Virus record (IMG/VR): IMGVR_UViG_3300044742_000040
Span: 1 to 57,495 of that record
Origin: a virus
Lineage: Duplodnaviria; Caudoviricetes
Direction: 5' to 3' (one strand)
Length of the DNA stretch: 57,495 nt
Part shown: piece after piece, positions 36,820-46,659 of the stretch
Position numbering within the stretch: position 1 is the first letter of the stretch
Layout of the letters: every line of letters starts with the position of its first letter
Position numbers and translations under genes: made by a program
Notes under the pieces: generated by a model
Database searches by the model: none
What the model was told of the DNA's origin: nothing
What the model saw: only the letters and a program-made list of their open reading frames with translations

Positions 36820-37809
36820 TTACGTAATAGTCGCCGGTGATTTCACCACGATCTGATATGCGTTACCGGCTGTGATACCAACTGCACGTCCAGTAAAGCC
36901 TGCCATGATTAGATCACCCATACCGGAAAGACCGATATCGTAGGTGTCATAGCTGACTCTGTTGCCCTGAATCTGGATACCGCTTGATGCGGCTGCGAAC
37001 GTAGCGCCACCATTGACGCTTTCCAGCTTGATAGCTCTCTGCGTGTTTGCCACGAAGTTGTCGTAGTCGGTTCTATTGAGGAAATCAAGCTCCGACTCAA
37101 ACTCAGCCTCAGTGATACCGAAGCTGATATAGCTTGCAGAACGAACAGCAACGATTCTATTCTGTGCCTCTGCATTGTGATTAGCACGGAACGTGAATCC
37201 GTTGAAGCCCGTATCGACTGCACCGAACGTAGGTGTAGCCGCCGAAGCTGCAAGATACACGTTGTGCGCGGTTGCACCGAGAAGATCGGGGGCAGACCAC
37301 GTGGGAGAAGGTGCAGACTGAACAGCCTCGGCAATACCGAGAACCGTCATCGTACAACGAAGAACGGCATCCGTAATCGTGTACTCAAAGTTGCCGACCA
37401 CACACCCTGTATAACCAAAAACAATACCGTTACGAACAACAGTGATTGAAAGCGTCTTTGGAGTCGTAGCCCCTGCTGCGGTAGATGCAGAACCCGCACT
37501 TGAAGGGATAAACGTATAAATAGCCGGTGGCCCTGTAACTTTGCTCGGCGTATGTCGTGAAGCATACAACCAGTACGGATGGTTAGTCGGATCGACTTCC
37601 ATTTCGATATCGCCCTCGACGTGGTAGTAACCCGACTTAACGTCGGAAACCATCGTCTGCTGACGAATCTGCTCTGAGTAGTATTTCTCCTCGCGGTAGA
37701 CAAGGCTTTCACTCAGAATAGGAACGAAGATCGAGGGAGCCACGTAGGTTCCCATAGTAGTTTCAAAGGCGATACCTACCTTACCGCCACCACCTAGACC
37801 CGCTGGCAT
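36820..37809 (-). CDS. Major tail (tube) protein
   Basis: VGIAFETTMGT N-terminus, VEGDIEME, YTGCVV; position. Confidence 0.85.
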   Translation of the reverse strand: MPAGLGGGGKVGIAFETTMGTYVAPSIFVPILSESLVYREEKYYSEQIRQQTMVSDVKSGYYHVEGDIEMEVDPTNHPYWLYASRHTPSKVTGPPAIYTFIPSSAGSASTAAGATTPKTLSITVVRNGIVFGYTGCVVGNFEYTITDAVLRCTMTVLGIAEAVQSAPSPTWSAPDLLGATAHNVYLAASAATPTFGAVDTGFNGFTFRANHNAEAQNRIVAVRSASYISFGITEAEFESELDFLNRTDYDNFVANTQRAIKLESVNGGATFAAASSGIQIQGNRVSYDTYDIGLSGMGDLIMAGFTGRAVGITAGNAYQIVVKSPATIT

Positions 37810-38030
37810 TAACTGTCACCCCCTTTGCTACCAGTCAACTTGATATATTCAGGAACGTCCTTATGACCGAATACCTGCTTGACGGTTAGTCCGCCAGAAC
37901 GCGCAAAAATGGCACCTTCATCTTCTTCTGTAAGAGTAGTTGAACCACCATTCTTTACGAGAACACCGTCACAATCGAATTCCCAATCCTTTGGGAAATC
38001 CGGATGATTTACCTCTAGCTTATATGCCAT
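37809..38030 (-). CDS. Hypothetical virion-module protein
   Basis: AGGAGG RBS. Confidence 0.65.
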   Translation of the reverse strand: MAYKLEVNHPDFPKDWEFDCDGVLVKNGGSTTLTEEDEGAIFARSGGLTVKQVFGHKDVPEYIKLTGSKGGDS

Positions 38031-38038
38031 TGATCCTC

Positions 38039-38494
38039 CTACCCGGCCTCATAGGGAACACGATTCTCGCCCATCCATGTTAGACGAGTTGTCACAACAG
38101 TTGCCACAGCACCGCTTACAAGTCTGTTTGTGATTCCTGGGAATTCTCCATCTATAAAGCCGAAGATGATATGACCGTCCAGTGTGTACTGGCTATGAAC
38201 TAGTTTTCGCACGGCCGTTGCTAGCTCGATATCCTTGCGGGAACGTGCCGCTTGACCGATAGACATATCAGCATGGAAAATCCAGAAGTCGAGATGGAAG
38301 ACCTTTCGGAATAACCCTGTAGCATGTTGTGTTGTAACCGTTCTGTCTGTCTGTATCAGTATTGCAGGATACTGTGGGATCAGGTCTTCTTCATGTTGAG
38401 CAATATAGCGTAGGCCCAGGGTCGCCTTGTTATCGTTAAACAAGTCGAATAGGAAATCATGCGGCTGAAGGATATCGTAGTAGTCTTGAGCCAC
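38039..38494 (-). CDS. Tail terminator-like protein
   Basis: YPAILI motif; synteny. Confidence 0.6.
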   Translation of the reverse strand: MAQDYYDILQPHDFLFDLFNDNKATLGLRYIAQHEEDLIPQYPAILIQTDRTVTTQHATGLFRKVFHLDFWIFHADMSIGQAARSRKDIELATAVRKLVHSQYTLDGHIIFGFIDGEFPGITNRLVSGAVATVVTTRLTWMGENRVPYEAG

Positions 38495-38497
38495 AAT

Positions 38498-39064
38498 TTA
38501 TAGACCTGCCGCTGATCGTGGTAGAAAGAAACCTCCACCGCCGACTGCCCTAAATGAATGTCGAGTCTTTACACCACCGGGAGTAGGATACAAGCGAATG
38601 ATATCATCGAACCATTCCCCAAATAGGCCATAGATGGTAGCAGCGGATTCATCCGAAAGCCCAAGAAATGCACGTTGGGGGAGAGAGTTCTTTCTATCCA
38701 TAAGTCCTGATTCATGAGCTAGACCGTAGTGTGGAAGATTCCCTGTCTCATAGAAAACTGTATCATTAGTAATCAGTGTTGCACTTGTAGAAATGGCTGC
38801 ACGAAACAGATCACCTGACTGCTTTAGAATACCCTCATTCGGATATGCCATCGCCGTAGGAGTATACGACTGTGACCAGTCCTCCCACTTCTTGCCCTGG
38901 GGATCAGTTTCAGTTTCAAACCTTCGCTGAATATCCGCACGTACAACCGAACCTGCCGCTGCTATAGGAACTACAGTATTCTCAAGCAGCGATGCTTGCA
39001 TCATAAACGTGTTAGCATAGATAGTGGGATCAGGTTCCCACGTGAAGGTAATTGCAGCAGTCAA
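38498..39064 (-). CDS. Phage virion morphogenesis (Mu gpG-like) protein
   Basis: DPQGKKW, LKQSGDL, YGLAHESG and LPQRAFLGLS motifs. Confidence 0.85.
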   Translation of the reverse strand: MTAAITFTWEPDPTIYANTFMMQASLLENTVVPIAAAGSVVRADIQRRFETETDPQGKKWEDWSQSYTPTAMAYPNEGILKQSGDLFRAAISTSATLITNDTVFYETGNLPHYGLAHESGLMDRKNSLPQRAFLGLSDESAATIYGLFGEWFDDIIRLYPTPGGVKTRHSFRAVGGGGFFLPRSAAGL

Positions 39065-39492
39065 TATCTACTATCCATTGCGAACTTAGGTTCGCCAGTT
39101 GAATCATTAGGGAAGAAGTATGTATTGTCAAACTGAACGGTAATTACACCAGTAACAATAATACTTCCATCGACAATCCCTTGCAGCATTGCCAATCCTT
39201 CGTTGTACTTGTTCTGTGCAAACTGTGGATCATCTAGGGACTGCTCCGAATATCGTGTACGATAAATAAGAGCAGCACAGAGGCGACCAGCAGCCGCACG
39301 GATTACTTCCGGTACATCGTCAGGATCGATCCACAGTGCCATATCCGCTGTCGGAATGACACCCGCGAGGTAGCCCCTGACGATCCGCTCCGTGTCTAAC
39401 TTGCACTTTGCTAGATCGTCAGGGATTTCCTCGATCTTTAGCTTGTCAACGGGCAGATGAACTTGAACATCATCATCGCTGACAATAGCCAT
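39061..39492 (-). CDS. Head-tail adaptor (Mu gp36-like)
   Basis: VRGYLA...VPEVIR...LAMLQGIVDG; synteny. Confidence 0.65.
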   Translation of the reverse strand: MAIVSDDDVQVHLPVDKLKIEEIPDDLAKCKLDTERIVRGYLAGVIPTADMALWIDPDDVPEVIRAAAGRLCAALIYRTRYSEQSLDDPQFAQNKYNEGLAMLQGIVDGSIIVTGVITVQFDNTYFFPNDSTGEPKFAMDSRY

Positions 39493-39494
39493 TA

Positions 39495-39875
39495 TTACTT
39501 AACTCCAACCGGCTTGGTTAGTTCTGCTTCCTCGTCGGCAGGTGGATTGATCGGTGCAGGCTGTTGCAATGCAAGCTCAAGCAGCATGTCCTGATTAATC
39601 TCGCCACCCTGTGATAGCCGTGAGAGAACAGCCTGAGTAGGAGAAGTAACGTCATCAGCCTCCTCGGGCATTGGATAGGGACGAATAGACCCACCTTCGA
39701 TATATCTGTCCCATTCCTCATCCGAACACTTGAGCTTAGCCTTTGTAACCTTTTCACCAGCAGGAGTGATATTCCTGCTAACTACAACAGTCTTCTTCAC
39801 ACCTTGCAGGGCCGTGTCAATTTCCTTGACTTCGCCCCCGTTATAGATAGGACTCCAAACATAGAAATCCGGCAT
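39495..39875 (-). CDS. Hypothetical head-module protein
   Basis: GGAGAGGA RBS; follows the capsid gene. Confidence 0.65.
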   Translation of the reverse strand: MPDFYVWSPIYNGGEVKEIDTALQGVKKTVVVSRNITPAGEKVTKAKLKCSDEEWDRYIEGGSIRPYPMPEEADDVTSPTQAVLSRLSQGGEINQDMLLELALQQPAPINPPADEEAELTKPVGVK

Positions 39876-39890
39876 CTGTATCCTCTCCTA

Positions 39891-40895
39891 TTACCAAGCG
39901 GTAGAACTGAAGGCGTCCTTGATCAGATAGCCTGCAACGGACGACGTAACCTTCAGATCGTATTTCCACGAAGTACGAACCAGATCGGACTTGCGATCTT
40001 CCTCGCGCCAACGGTCAGTCGGCCGAGTCGAGCCATCCGGATAGAGTTGTGCGAACGTCTTACCGAATGAAAGATCGTTAAGCTCCATGTCGGGATTGAC
40101 ATACGCAAGGATAACGTCCTTGCCCCATGCAAACAACGCATTCTCAGTTGCTTCCTGAATATCGTTGTCGTTATACCTATCGTCACCGACAATAACCATT
40201 TCACCATCGAAGCCGGTGAGGATTCTCCACGCTTCGGGATCAGCAAGGCTGATAGACGCGAAACGTGCAACAACGTCAGGATGCTCTGCAAGCCAACCGA
40301 CGCCCATAGAACCGACCAGCATACGGTTAGGTGCAACACCGATGAGACTTTGAATCTTCCTAACCGCAGACTGAATGATCGTGAGCGGATTGGAAGTTGC
40401 ACCTGCATAGTTATCCCATTGATCTGCTGCTGCAAGCGTAATCGTGTTGCCCACGGGATACGTTGCAGTGTTCTTGAGCAACGATGCAACTGCAAGTTCA
40501 TGCTCAAGAAGGAGTGAATTAAGAACAAGCTCGGTAGCATCCTGCTCAGGGTTAAGCTGCAACGCGCCACCGAAAGTTGGATTGGCGAGTCCGCCCTGAG
40601 AATTAAGCTCCTGCCTTTCCTCGTCCGCAACTGCGGCCTGAAGTGAATGCTCCACAGTCTTGAACGTATCTTCACTCCAACGGCCTCCGCGCACTTCATT
40701 GGCGACCGTACCAGGCTCACGCCTTGAGAAGAAACGAACACGCTTGCTTCTATCGAAAACGCGATACCTACCAGACTGCGTATTAACCGCCGCCTGTGGC
40801 ATCATGCGAAGCCCTACAAAAGTAGGACTTGCGTACCCGACCGAGAAATCCGTAAGGATGGGGTCGGAGTACAGAGTACCAGGATCATACATCAT
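39891..40895 (-). CDS. Major capsid protein (HK97 fold)
   Basis: DPILTDFSVGY, PNRMLV, SFGKTF and AGYLIKDA motifs. Confidence 0.9.
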   Translation of the reverse strand: MMYDPGTLYSDPILTDFSVGYASPTFVGLRMMPQAAVNTQSGRYRVFDRSKRVRFFSRREPGTVANEVRGGRWSEDTFKTVEHSLQAAVADEERQELNSQGGLANPTFGGALQLNPEQDATELVLNSLLLEHELAVASLLKNTATYPVGNTITLAAADQWDNYAGATSNPLTIIQSAVRKIQSLIGVAPNRMLVGSMGVGWLAEHPDVVARFASISLADPEAWRILTGFDGEMVIVGDDRYNDNDIQEATENALFAWGKDVILAYVNPDMELNDLSFGKTFAQLYPDGSTRPTDRWREEDRKSDLVRTSWKYDLKVTSSVAGYLIKDAFSSTAW

Positions 40896-40915
40896 GACTC
40901 TAAATCACCCCTTCC

Positions 40916-41314
40916 TTACGCAGTTCCAGCAACATCGCCATCGAGCGAAAGATGCACACGGCAGAATTCTCCTGCACCGGATGCAGCCTCGACACAATGA
41001 CCAATGATGCGGTTACCAGTTGTCCGAGTAAGTGCGCGACCATCAGCGGCGAGACAAACCTGAACGCCAATGGCAATTGCACCTGCGGCTTCCATGATCG
41101 TATCGCCTTCGACAGCAATAGATGCGCCCTTGCCCTTGAGAATCTCGCCGGACGTAACATCATGCTGAACGACGCCAGCAACAGTATCAGTGATAGCAGT
41201 TACAGGCGTAACAGTTTCAGCGGCAGAGAACTTCACTGCACGGAATTTCGTCAGTGCTGCGGCAGCGTTATATCCCTTATGCTGAATGTAGTTCGCAGTT
41301 ACACTAGCAGGCAT
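40916..41314 (-). CDS. Capsid cement/decoration protein (DUF2190-like)
   Basis: EAAGAIAIG...DGRA...EAASGAGE. Confidence 0.8.
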   Translation of the reverse strand: MPASVTANYIQHKGYNAAAALTKFRAVKFSAAETVTPVTAITDTVAGVVQHDVTSGEILKGKGASIAVEGDTIMEAAGAIAIGVQVCLAADGRALTRTTGNRIIGHCVEAASGAGEFCRVHLSLDGDVAGTA

Positions 41315-41328
41315 TTATTTCCTCCTCT

Positions 41329-43068
41329 CTACTTTCCGACGTGACCGTAAAGGTACGACTGTGCCAGATCAGGATTTTGCTGAGAAACGTGAGCGATTGC
41401 AGCATCCTGGCTGAGATTGTCCTCAGTCATTGCAGTTCTGACAAGATCAGCAAACCGCTTGCGATCTTCGACAAAGTTGCGCGTAGGTGCAACATTCTCG
41501 GTCTGCTCGCTGTCACCCTCACGCGATGAACCTTCCTCGCCCCACTCCACAACGGCTTCCTTGGAAGACGTAAGGGTAAGAAGTTCTTTCAGATCATCCT
41601 GCGTGAACTGGCGAAGTGCAACACTCTTGTGTGCTTCCTCGATCTTCCCACGAACGAGAGTAGAGTAACCCTTCTTCTCACCCTCAAATCGTGCGAAGCC
41701 CTCCGCAAACGTGTGAGCAGCAGAATTGCGATCCTTCGTAGTAAGCTCCGCGAGAAGCGCAGCCTGCTCCGGATACTTGTCTGCAAACTCACGCTGCTTC
41801 ACGGCGTCGGCCGTCGCGGTATTGAGCGGGACGATGATTTCATCGACGCGAGTTGCAATCAAACCTGCAAGATCATCGTCGCTAACATCTTCGCTAAACG
41901 CAATACCGAGGACGGTCGCCCTAGCTTCCATCCATTCTCTATTCACTGCAAATTCCTCCGTTTCCTGTACTTCATAGGCAATTGGTGGCGGATCACGCCT
42001 CCATCCTCCTTCGATGGCTTTGTCGTCTTTGCTCGGAGACTCACGTGGAGTAGGTTCGCCTCCAAGCCCTGTGCCTGGTTCCGAGTGTTCCTTCGATGCT
42101 TCATATTGCAGACGACCAGGGACACCCCAACCGTCAGGCCAATTAGTGTTATCACTCGTTGTCGTAACAGTTAGTGGACTAGTGATAGTTCCACTAATCA
42201 TCGGAACCACTAGGCTAGTCTGATATCCTGATCCACCACCCCCTACTGTAGTTGGTAGAGACATACTCTCAAGAACTTCATCGAAGGTTGCAATACCGTC
42301 AACCATGCCAGCTTCAAGAGCTTGGTCAGGACTGACAATGCCACCCTCACCGAAGTTTTCACGGACATACGCATCATCCACACCCCGACCACGCGCAACT
42401 GCGCTAACGAACTTATCGTTCGTCTGGTCAACGAGACTTTGTAGATGACCTTCAGATTCAGGCGTAAGTGGCTCAAATGGAATAGCCTTAAAACGACCAG
42501 CCTTGATAATCGTTTGCTTTACGCCTGCCTGCTCACGTGCCTGACTTTCATCGGTATGCACCATAAACGTACCGATAGAGCCAATCTGACCTGATGGAGT
42601 CACGTACATCTTACTAGCCTGAGAAGCCAGGTAGTACGCAGCGGAGTTAGCGGCAGTATTGGCAACTGAGATAACTGGCTTGATTTCATTAGCCGCATGA
42701 ATCTCGCTCGCCATCTCGTCAACCATATCGCTGAGTCCACCAGGCGAATCGATATCAAGAAGAATGGACTTGACCGCATCATCATGTAGAAGTCCATTGA
42801 ACTCGTTACGAAACTGCTGAAGCGATGTAGCTCCACTCATTTCCGTCATCATGTTGGCCTTTGGGAAGATCGGCCCACTCAAGGACAAAACCCCCACAGA
42901 GCCTACACGCATTGCGAGTGGAGCATTGGCATTGTCAGGTGCATCAAATACCATTTGCTTGCCTGACATATGCTGATCCAGAATATCGAGGATCATACGC
43001 AACGCCGTGGGTGTTATCATCCACGGAGTAGACGTAACCTTGGTAACGATCTGTGAATAATCTTTCAT
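41329..43068 (-). CDS. S49 prohead protease fused to a scaffold region
   Basis: DIDSPGG, SAAYYLAS, GSIG and GRFK motifs; acidic helical C-terminus. Confidence 0.9.
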   Translation of the reverse strand: MKDYSQIVTKVTSTPWMITPTALRMILDILDQHMSGKQMVFDAPDNANAPLAMRVGSVGVLSLSGPIFPKANMMTEMSGATSLQQFRNEFNGLLHDDAVKSILLDIDSPGGLSDMVDEMASEIHAANEIKPVISVANTAANSAAYYLASQASKMYVTPSGQIGSIGTFMVHTDESQAREQAGVKQTIIKAGRFKAIPFEPLTPESEGHLQSLVDQTNDKFVSAVARGRGVDDAYVRENFGEGGIVSPDQALEAGMVDGIATFDEVLESMSLPTTVGGGGSGYQTSLVVPMISGTITSPLTVTTTSDNTNWPDGWGVPGRLQYEASKEHSEPGTGLGGEPTPRESPSKDDKAIEGGWRRDPPPIAYEVQETEEFAVNREWMEARATVLGIAFSEDVSDDDLAGLIATRVDEIIVPLNTATADAVKQREFADKYPEQAALLAELTTKDRNSAAHTFAEGFARFEGEKKGYSTLVRGKIEEAHKSVALRQFTQDDLKELLTLTSSKEAVVEWGEEGSSREGDSEQTENVAPTRNFVEDRKRFADLVRTAMTEDNLSQDAAIAHVSQQNPDLAQSYLYGHVGK

Positions 43069-43075
43069 AGCACTC

Positions 43076-44557
43076 CTACGGGTTAGTTTGATCGGCCGGG
43101 AGGTTGCTATTACCGTTGTTCTGTGAAGTCACGTCACCTTTCGTGGCAGGGTTATCTACGGGAGGCACACCCGGTGTGAGAGGAGCATCGATAATTTCGC
43201 GTACCCACTCCTCTGTTTCCGGTGTCCAATTGACAAGACCCTGTGCTTTCAGGTTTGCCATTGCAGACGCCCACTGTTGCAAGTCCTTCGTTTCGCCTAG
43301 ATTCCTCGCACGAAGTTTCGGAAACTTGTCCGTAGTGAAATTGTAACCCACAAGGTAGGGGATGCAGTAGAGGTTGATCGCATCGCAGATTTGGTTCGCC
43401 ACATAACGCAGTGACTTGTTGAACATGTCTTGCTGGCTTCCAGAAGTAGCACGTCCACCCCCTGCCCCGGAGATTCCGAGTAGCAAGAATTGTGTCATTG
43501 TATTGAGCATGATCTGGCCGTTGTGATGCTCAATCGATTCCATCACGTTCACAGGCTGACCCGGCAACTCAAGAAAGCGCAGAACCCACTTAGGCGGAAT
43601 AACTGCGCCACCATGTTCGTTAGTGCGAATATTACGAACAAGCTCGGTGGCTGCAAGTACATCTGCATCCTTGTAACCTGGCGGAAGCTCAACAACCGGG
43701 AAGCCCATACCATGACGTTCCTTCTGAATACCGTCAATATTGTATAGGTTAGCCTTGAAGTACCAACTCCTGTACGCAGTTCTCAGGAGGGACTTCCCTT
43801 CCAGATTTCCACCCTTCCGATTATGCGTGAAGATGACAAGCTTTTCGATTGGAATTGTCTTCTCGACAGGCTTACCATCGGCCTGTACAGCATTCTGAAT
43901 AACCTGCACTGGCCCACCGTTATTGTCATACTCAATCTCCTTGACTGTGGCGGTAGGACGAGGAGATAGCTTTCGCAGCATCGTGTAGACGCGCCTATTA
44001 GCCCCGGTTGCTTTGGGCGACCATTCGCGCTCCTCGTATACCTTCTCCATTACCGAGAACCCGAATTCATACATTCTGAGGATATCCTCAAGAACGTTCA
44101 GGAATGGGGAATTGGAACCTTCAAGAAGATTGTACTCTACGAACTCTGCAATAATCTGAGCTTCCTCAGATTCATCGAAAGCCTCTACGAAGTAGTTGGC
44201 TCCCATAACCGGCATCTTTGCAGCCCGGAGAGAAACGTCAACGGCAGCATCGCCGTTTGCCATTTCGTCATAGGTTAGGAACGCCTGTGATCGGTTAGCT
44301 AGAGCCGGAACTACGTCGCGTATAAGTCCACCACGCGACGAACCTAGCTCAACCCCCACAGCTTGCGCCTGGATTGACCCTTTGGCATTGTATGACGTGC
44401 CGCTGACGACTCTCCGAGGATCAGTAGTCGCAGTTGCCTGACGACCATTAATCCTATCCCACAGGGACGGCTTGCTTGGCGGCGTAAGAATCAAACCCGC
44501 GTACTGCGGATTCTCTAGTACATACTCAACTAGTTCGGTATCTGTGATCGTACTCAA
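43076..44557 (-). CDS. Portal protein (DUF935/Mu gp29-like)
   Basis: FGFSVMEKVY, GKSLLR and ERHGMGFP motifs. Confidence 0.9.
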   Translation of the reverse strand: MSTITDTELVEYVLENPQYAGLILTPPSKPSLWDRINGRQATATTDPRRVVSGTSYNAKGSIQAQAVGVELGSSRGGLIRDVVPALANRSQAFLTYDEMANGDAAVDVSLRAAKMPVMGANYFVEAFDESEEAQIIAEFVEYNLLEGSNSPFLNVLEDILRMYEFGFSVMEKVYEEREWSPKATGANRRVYTMLRKLSPRPTATVKEIEYDNNGGPVQVIQNAVQADGKPVEKTIPIEKLVIFTHNRKGGNLEGKSLLRTAYRSWYFKANLYNIDGIQKERHGMGFPVVELPPGYKDADVLAATELVRNIRTNEHGGAVIPPKWVLRFLELPGQPVNVMESIEHHNGQIMLNTMTQFLLLGISGAGGGRATSGSQQDMFNKSLRYVANQICDAINLYCIPYLVGYNFTTDKFPKLRARNLGETKDLQQWASAMANLKAQGLVNWTPETEEWVREIIDAPLTPGVPPVDNPATKGDVTSQNNGNSNLPADQTNP

Positions 44558-45951
44558 AATCTCGCGTTCCTTGCCATAGGTGCATTATTTTGAAAAAACG
44601 TAAATGCCTCTGTCGGCTTGCCAGCACCGTAGATATCGCTCAGGGACGATCCGGCACCTGACTCGAAATACTGACCGACCAAGTAACGAAGTGCGTCAGG
44701 CCCGTGATCGTCATGCTTATGTTGACCTTCAGGGGCATTCTTGCCTTCCTTCGGGTCAGGAGCATGCAACTGATCCATCTGCCGAATCAAGTTTGTACAC
44801 GACGGATCGATTGTCAACTTAGGCAGACCATTCGGTTGTACCTTCAGCAGACGCTTTACATGTTCGACACCGAGAGTCCACGACTCATGGGCGTTACCTT
44901 CTCCGATATCGCTACTGTATATCTGCACACCCGTGAGGATGGAGACAGTATTAGCCTGATCTGGCCCTCGGGGATCGCCTCCTCCCCAATCGACGTGATA
45001 ATCGGGGGGATTGTCGGCACGTTGCAGGAGCAGATTTGCATGCTCAAAAGTGGTCTTCTCGGACACCTGATACTCGCGCCATACATGGAAGTTATCCTCC
45101 TGATCAATCATAACGTCGAGGCAGACGAACTGGTTTGTCCAACCATAGTCAAGTGCCCACACGTTAGTATTGAGCGGGTTGTACTCGATATGACGGACGT
45201 GGATACGCTGGTCGAATTCATCGTAAATCTTGCCAGCGTATGCAGTAAACTCAGCCGCAATCTCCTGTGCGAACCACTGCGGAGACTGACGAGCTTCCAT
45301 TTCAATAATCTCGGAGTCCTCACGGCCGTCAGGATAAACGATAGGATTCTCCCATGCAGGCAAGCGCCATGATTCGTAGTTGGGATACGTCTCTCGATCC
45401 TGACCTAGCATCCACAAGCCCTGATACCAGTTGTATCCGCGAGGGGTAGATGCGAAAATTGCCCAACCACGTTTGTCTGCCAGCGCGGGACGTACATACT
45501 GTTCCCATGTTTCAGAGGTATGCCGTGCGGCTTCTGCCATTACAACGCCTGATAGCCCTTCACCCAAAAGGGTATCTTGACGTTCGGCTGATTTGACCTC
45601 AAGGATCGAACCCCACGGCATTTCGATCACCATGTCGCCCTGCTTGATATTGTACGATTTCTTGATTTTGTTGCCGAGTTTCAGTTTTCGTACAATGTTG
45701 GCAAAGACGACACGGAACTCTTTTTCACCTAGTGTGTACTTCGGGCCGACGATCCAATACCAGCCGGGATCGTCGTAGTCCATGAGAGCCGCAGTTAATT
45801 CATTACCGCCGAACGTGGTCTTTCCATAACGACGGCCACAGGCGAGGATTTTGAACCGTGCATCGGACTCATGGATCGCGGCCTGCTTAGGTGAGTGGGG
45901 CGTATAGCCCAACTGATCGAAGACATACGCTTTACGTTCTGGATCAATCAT
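44554..45951 (-). CDS. terL: Terminase large subunit
   Basis: GRRYGKT, STPRG, LDYG and DHGPDALRY motifs. Confidence 0.92.
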   Translation of the reverse strand: MIDPERKAYVFDQLGYTPHSPKQAAIHESDARFKILACGRRYGKTTFGGNELTAALMDYDDPGWYWIVGPKYTLGEKEFRVVFANIVRKLKLGNKIKKSYNIKQGDMVIEMPWGSILEVKSAERQDTLLGEGLSGVVMAEAARHTSETWEQYVRPALADKRGWAIFASTPRGYNWYQGLWMLGQDRETYPNYESWRLPAWENPIVYPDGREDSEIIEMEARQSPQWFAQEIAAEFTAYAGKIYDEFDQRIHVRHIEYNPLNTNVWALDYGWTNQFVCLDVMIDQEDNFHVWREYQVSEKTTFEHANLLLQRADNPPDYHVDWGGGDPRGPDQANTVSILTGVQIYSSDIGEGNAHESWTLGVEHVKRLLKVQPNGLPKLTIDPSCTNLIRQMDQLHAPDPKEGKNAPEGQHKHDDHGPDALRYLVGQYFESGAGSSLSDIYGAGKPTEAFTFFQNNAPMARNARF

Positions 45952-46148
45952 GTAATCAAGTTCATGACGAACGTTTCGTCATATCCTTTTTCTTTGCAAT
46001 CCTTCATGACCTTGTTCGCATAGCGATAGTCAATGGGGAGCTTGGCGAGAATGGTGGCATTGCGCTTAGTGAATCCACCATGACGAAGCCACTCGACGCG
46101 CCACGTAATTTCGTCGGTTGGCTTATCTATATCGACGGCAGCTTTCAT
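45948..46148 (-). CDS. Hypothetical protein
   Basis: Translationally coupled to terL. Confidence 0.65.
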   Translation of the reverse strand: MKAAVDIDKPTDEITWRVEWLRHGGFTKRNATILAKLPIDYRYANKVMKDCKEKGYDETFVMNLIT

Positions 46149-46459
46149 CAGTCGTCCTCCACCCTAAAGAAGATTGGCCCGAGGATAGGAGCTTCAGTAC
46201 CAGACGTATACTTGAGATACAGCTTGTATTCTTCAGCCGGATCATACGCCGAGAGAGTAGTAGTGATCTTGCAAACTGCCGTCATTGGATAGTCCGTATC
46301 CAATAGCGCAACGATGTTGGTTTCACAAGCAGCGTTATCTGACTTCTTCTTGGTATCGAACGTCAGATTGCTCACGGCAGTAAGCGTGGTGACATTGTTG
46401 AGTCTATCGCCAAGGGCGACTAGAAGTGACTCGACCGATCCTTTCTTTATAACCTCCAT
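46148..46459 (-). CDS. Hypothetical virion-like protein
   Basis: AGGAGG RBS. Confidence 0.65.
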   Translation of the reverse strand: MEVIKKGSVESLLVALGDRLNNVTTLTAVSNLTFDTKKKSDNAACETNIVALLDTDYPMTAVCKITTTLSAYDPAEEYKLYLKYTSGTEAPILGPIFFRVEDD

Positions 46460-46659
46460 AGCATCCTCCTAGTCTCCATTACGACCCAACGTGCTGCATG
46501 CACGATAACTTGCCAACGACTAGTAACTCCAATAACATGCCATCGCGTCTGTGGTTGTGCAATTGTCCATCTACGTGTGTAGCCAACAATCTCAAGCTCC
46601 ATCTGAGGAATCTCAGCAGCTTGGGTAGACCTCGGATGCCAGAGAAGTAGAAGGGGCAT
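46447..46659 (-). CDS. Hypothetical protein with RW repeats
   Basis: Four xRWx repeats; fills the gap. Confidence 0.55.
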   Translation of the reverse strand: MPLLLLWHPRSTQAAEIPQMELEIVGYTRRWTIAQPQTRWHVIGVTSRWQVIVHAARWVVMETRRMLWRL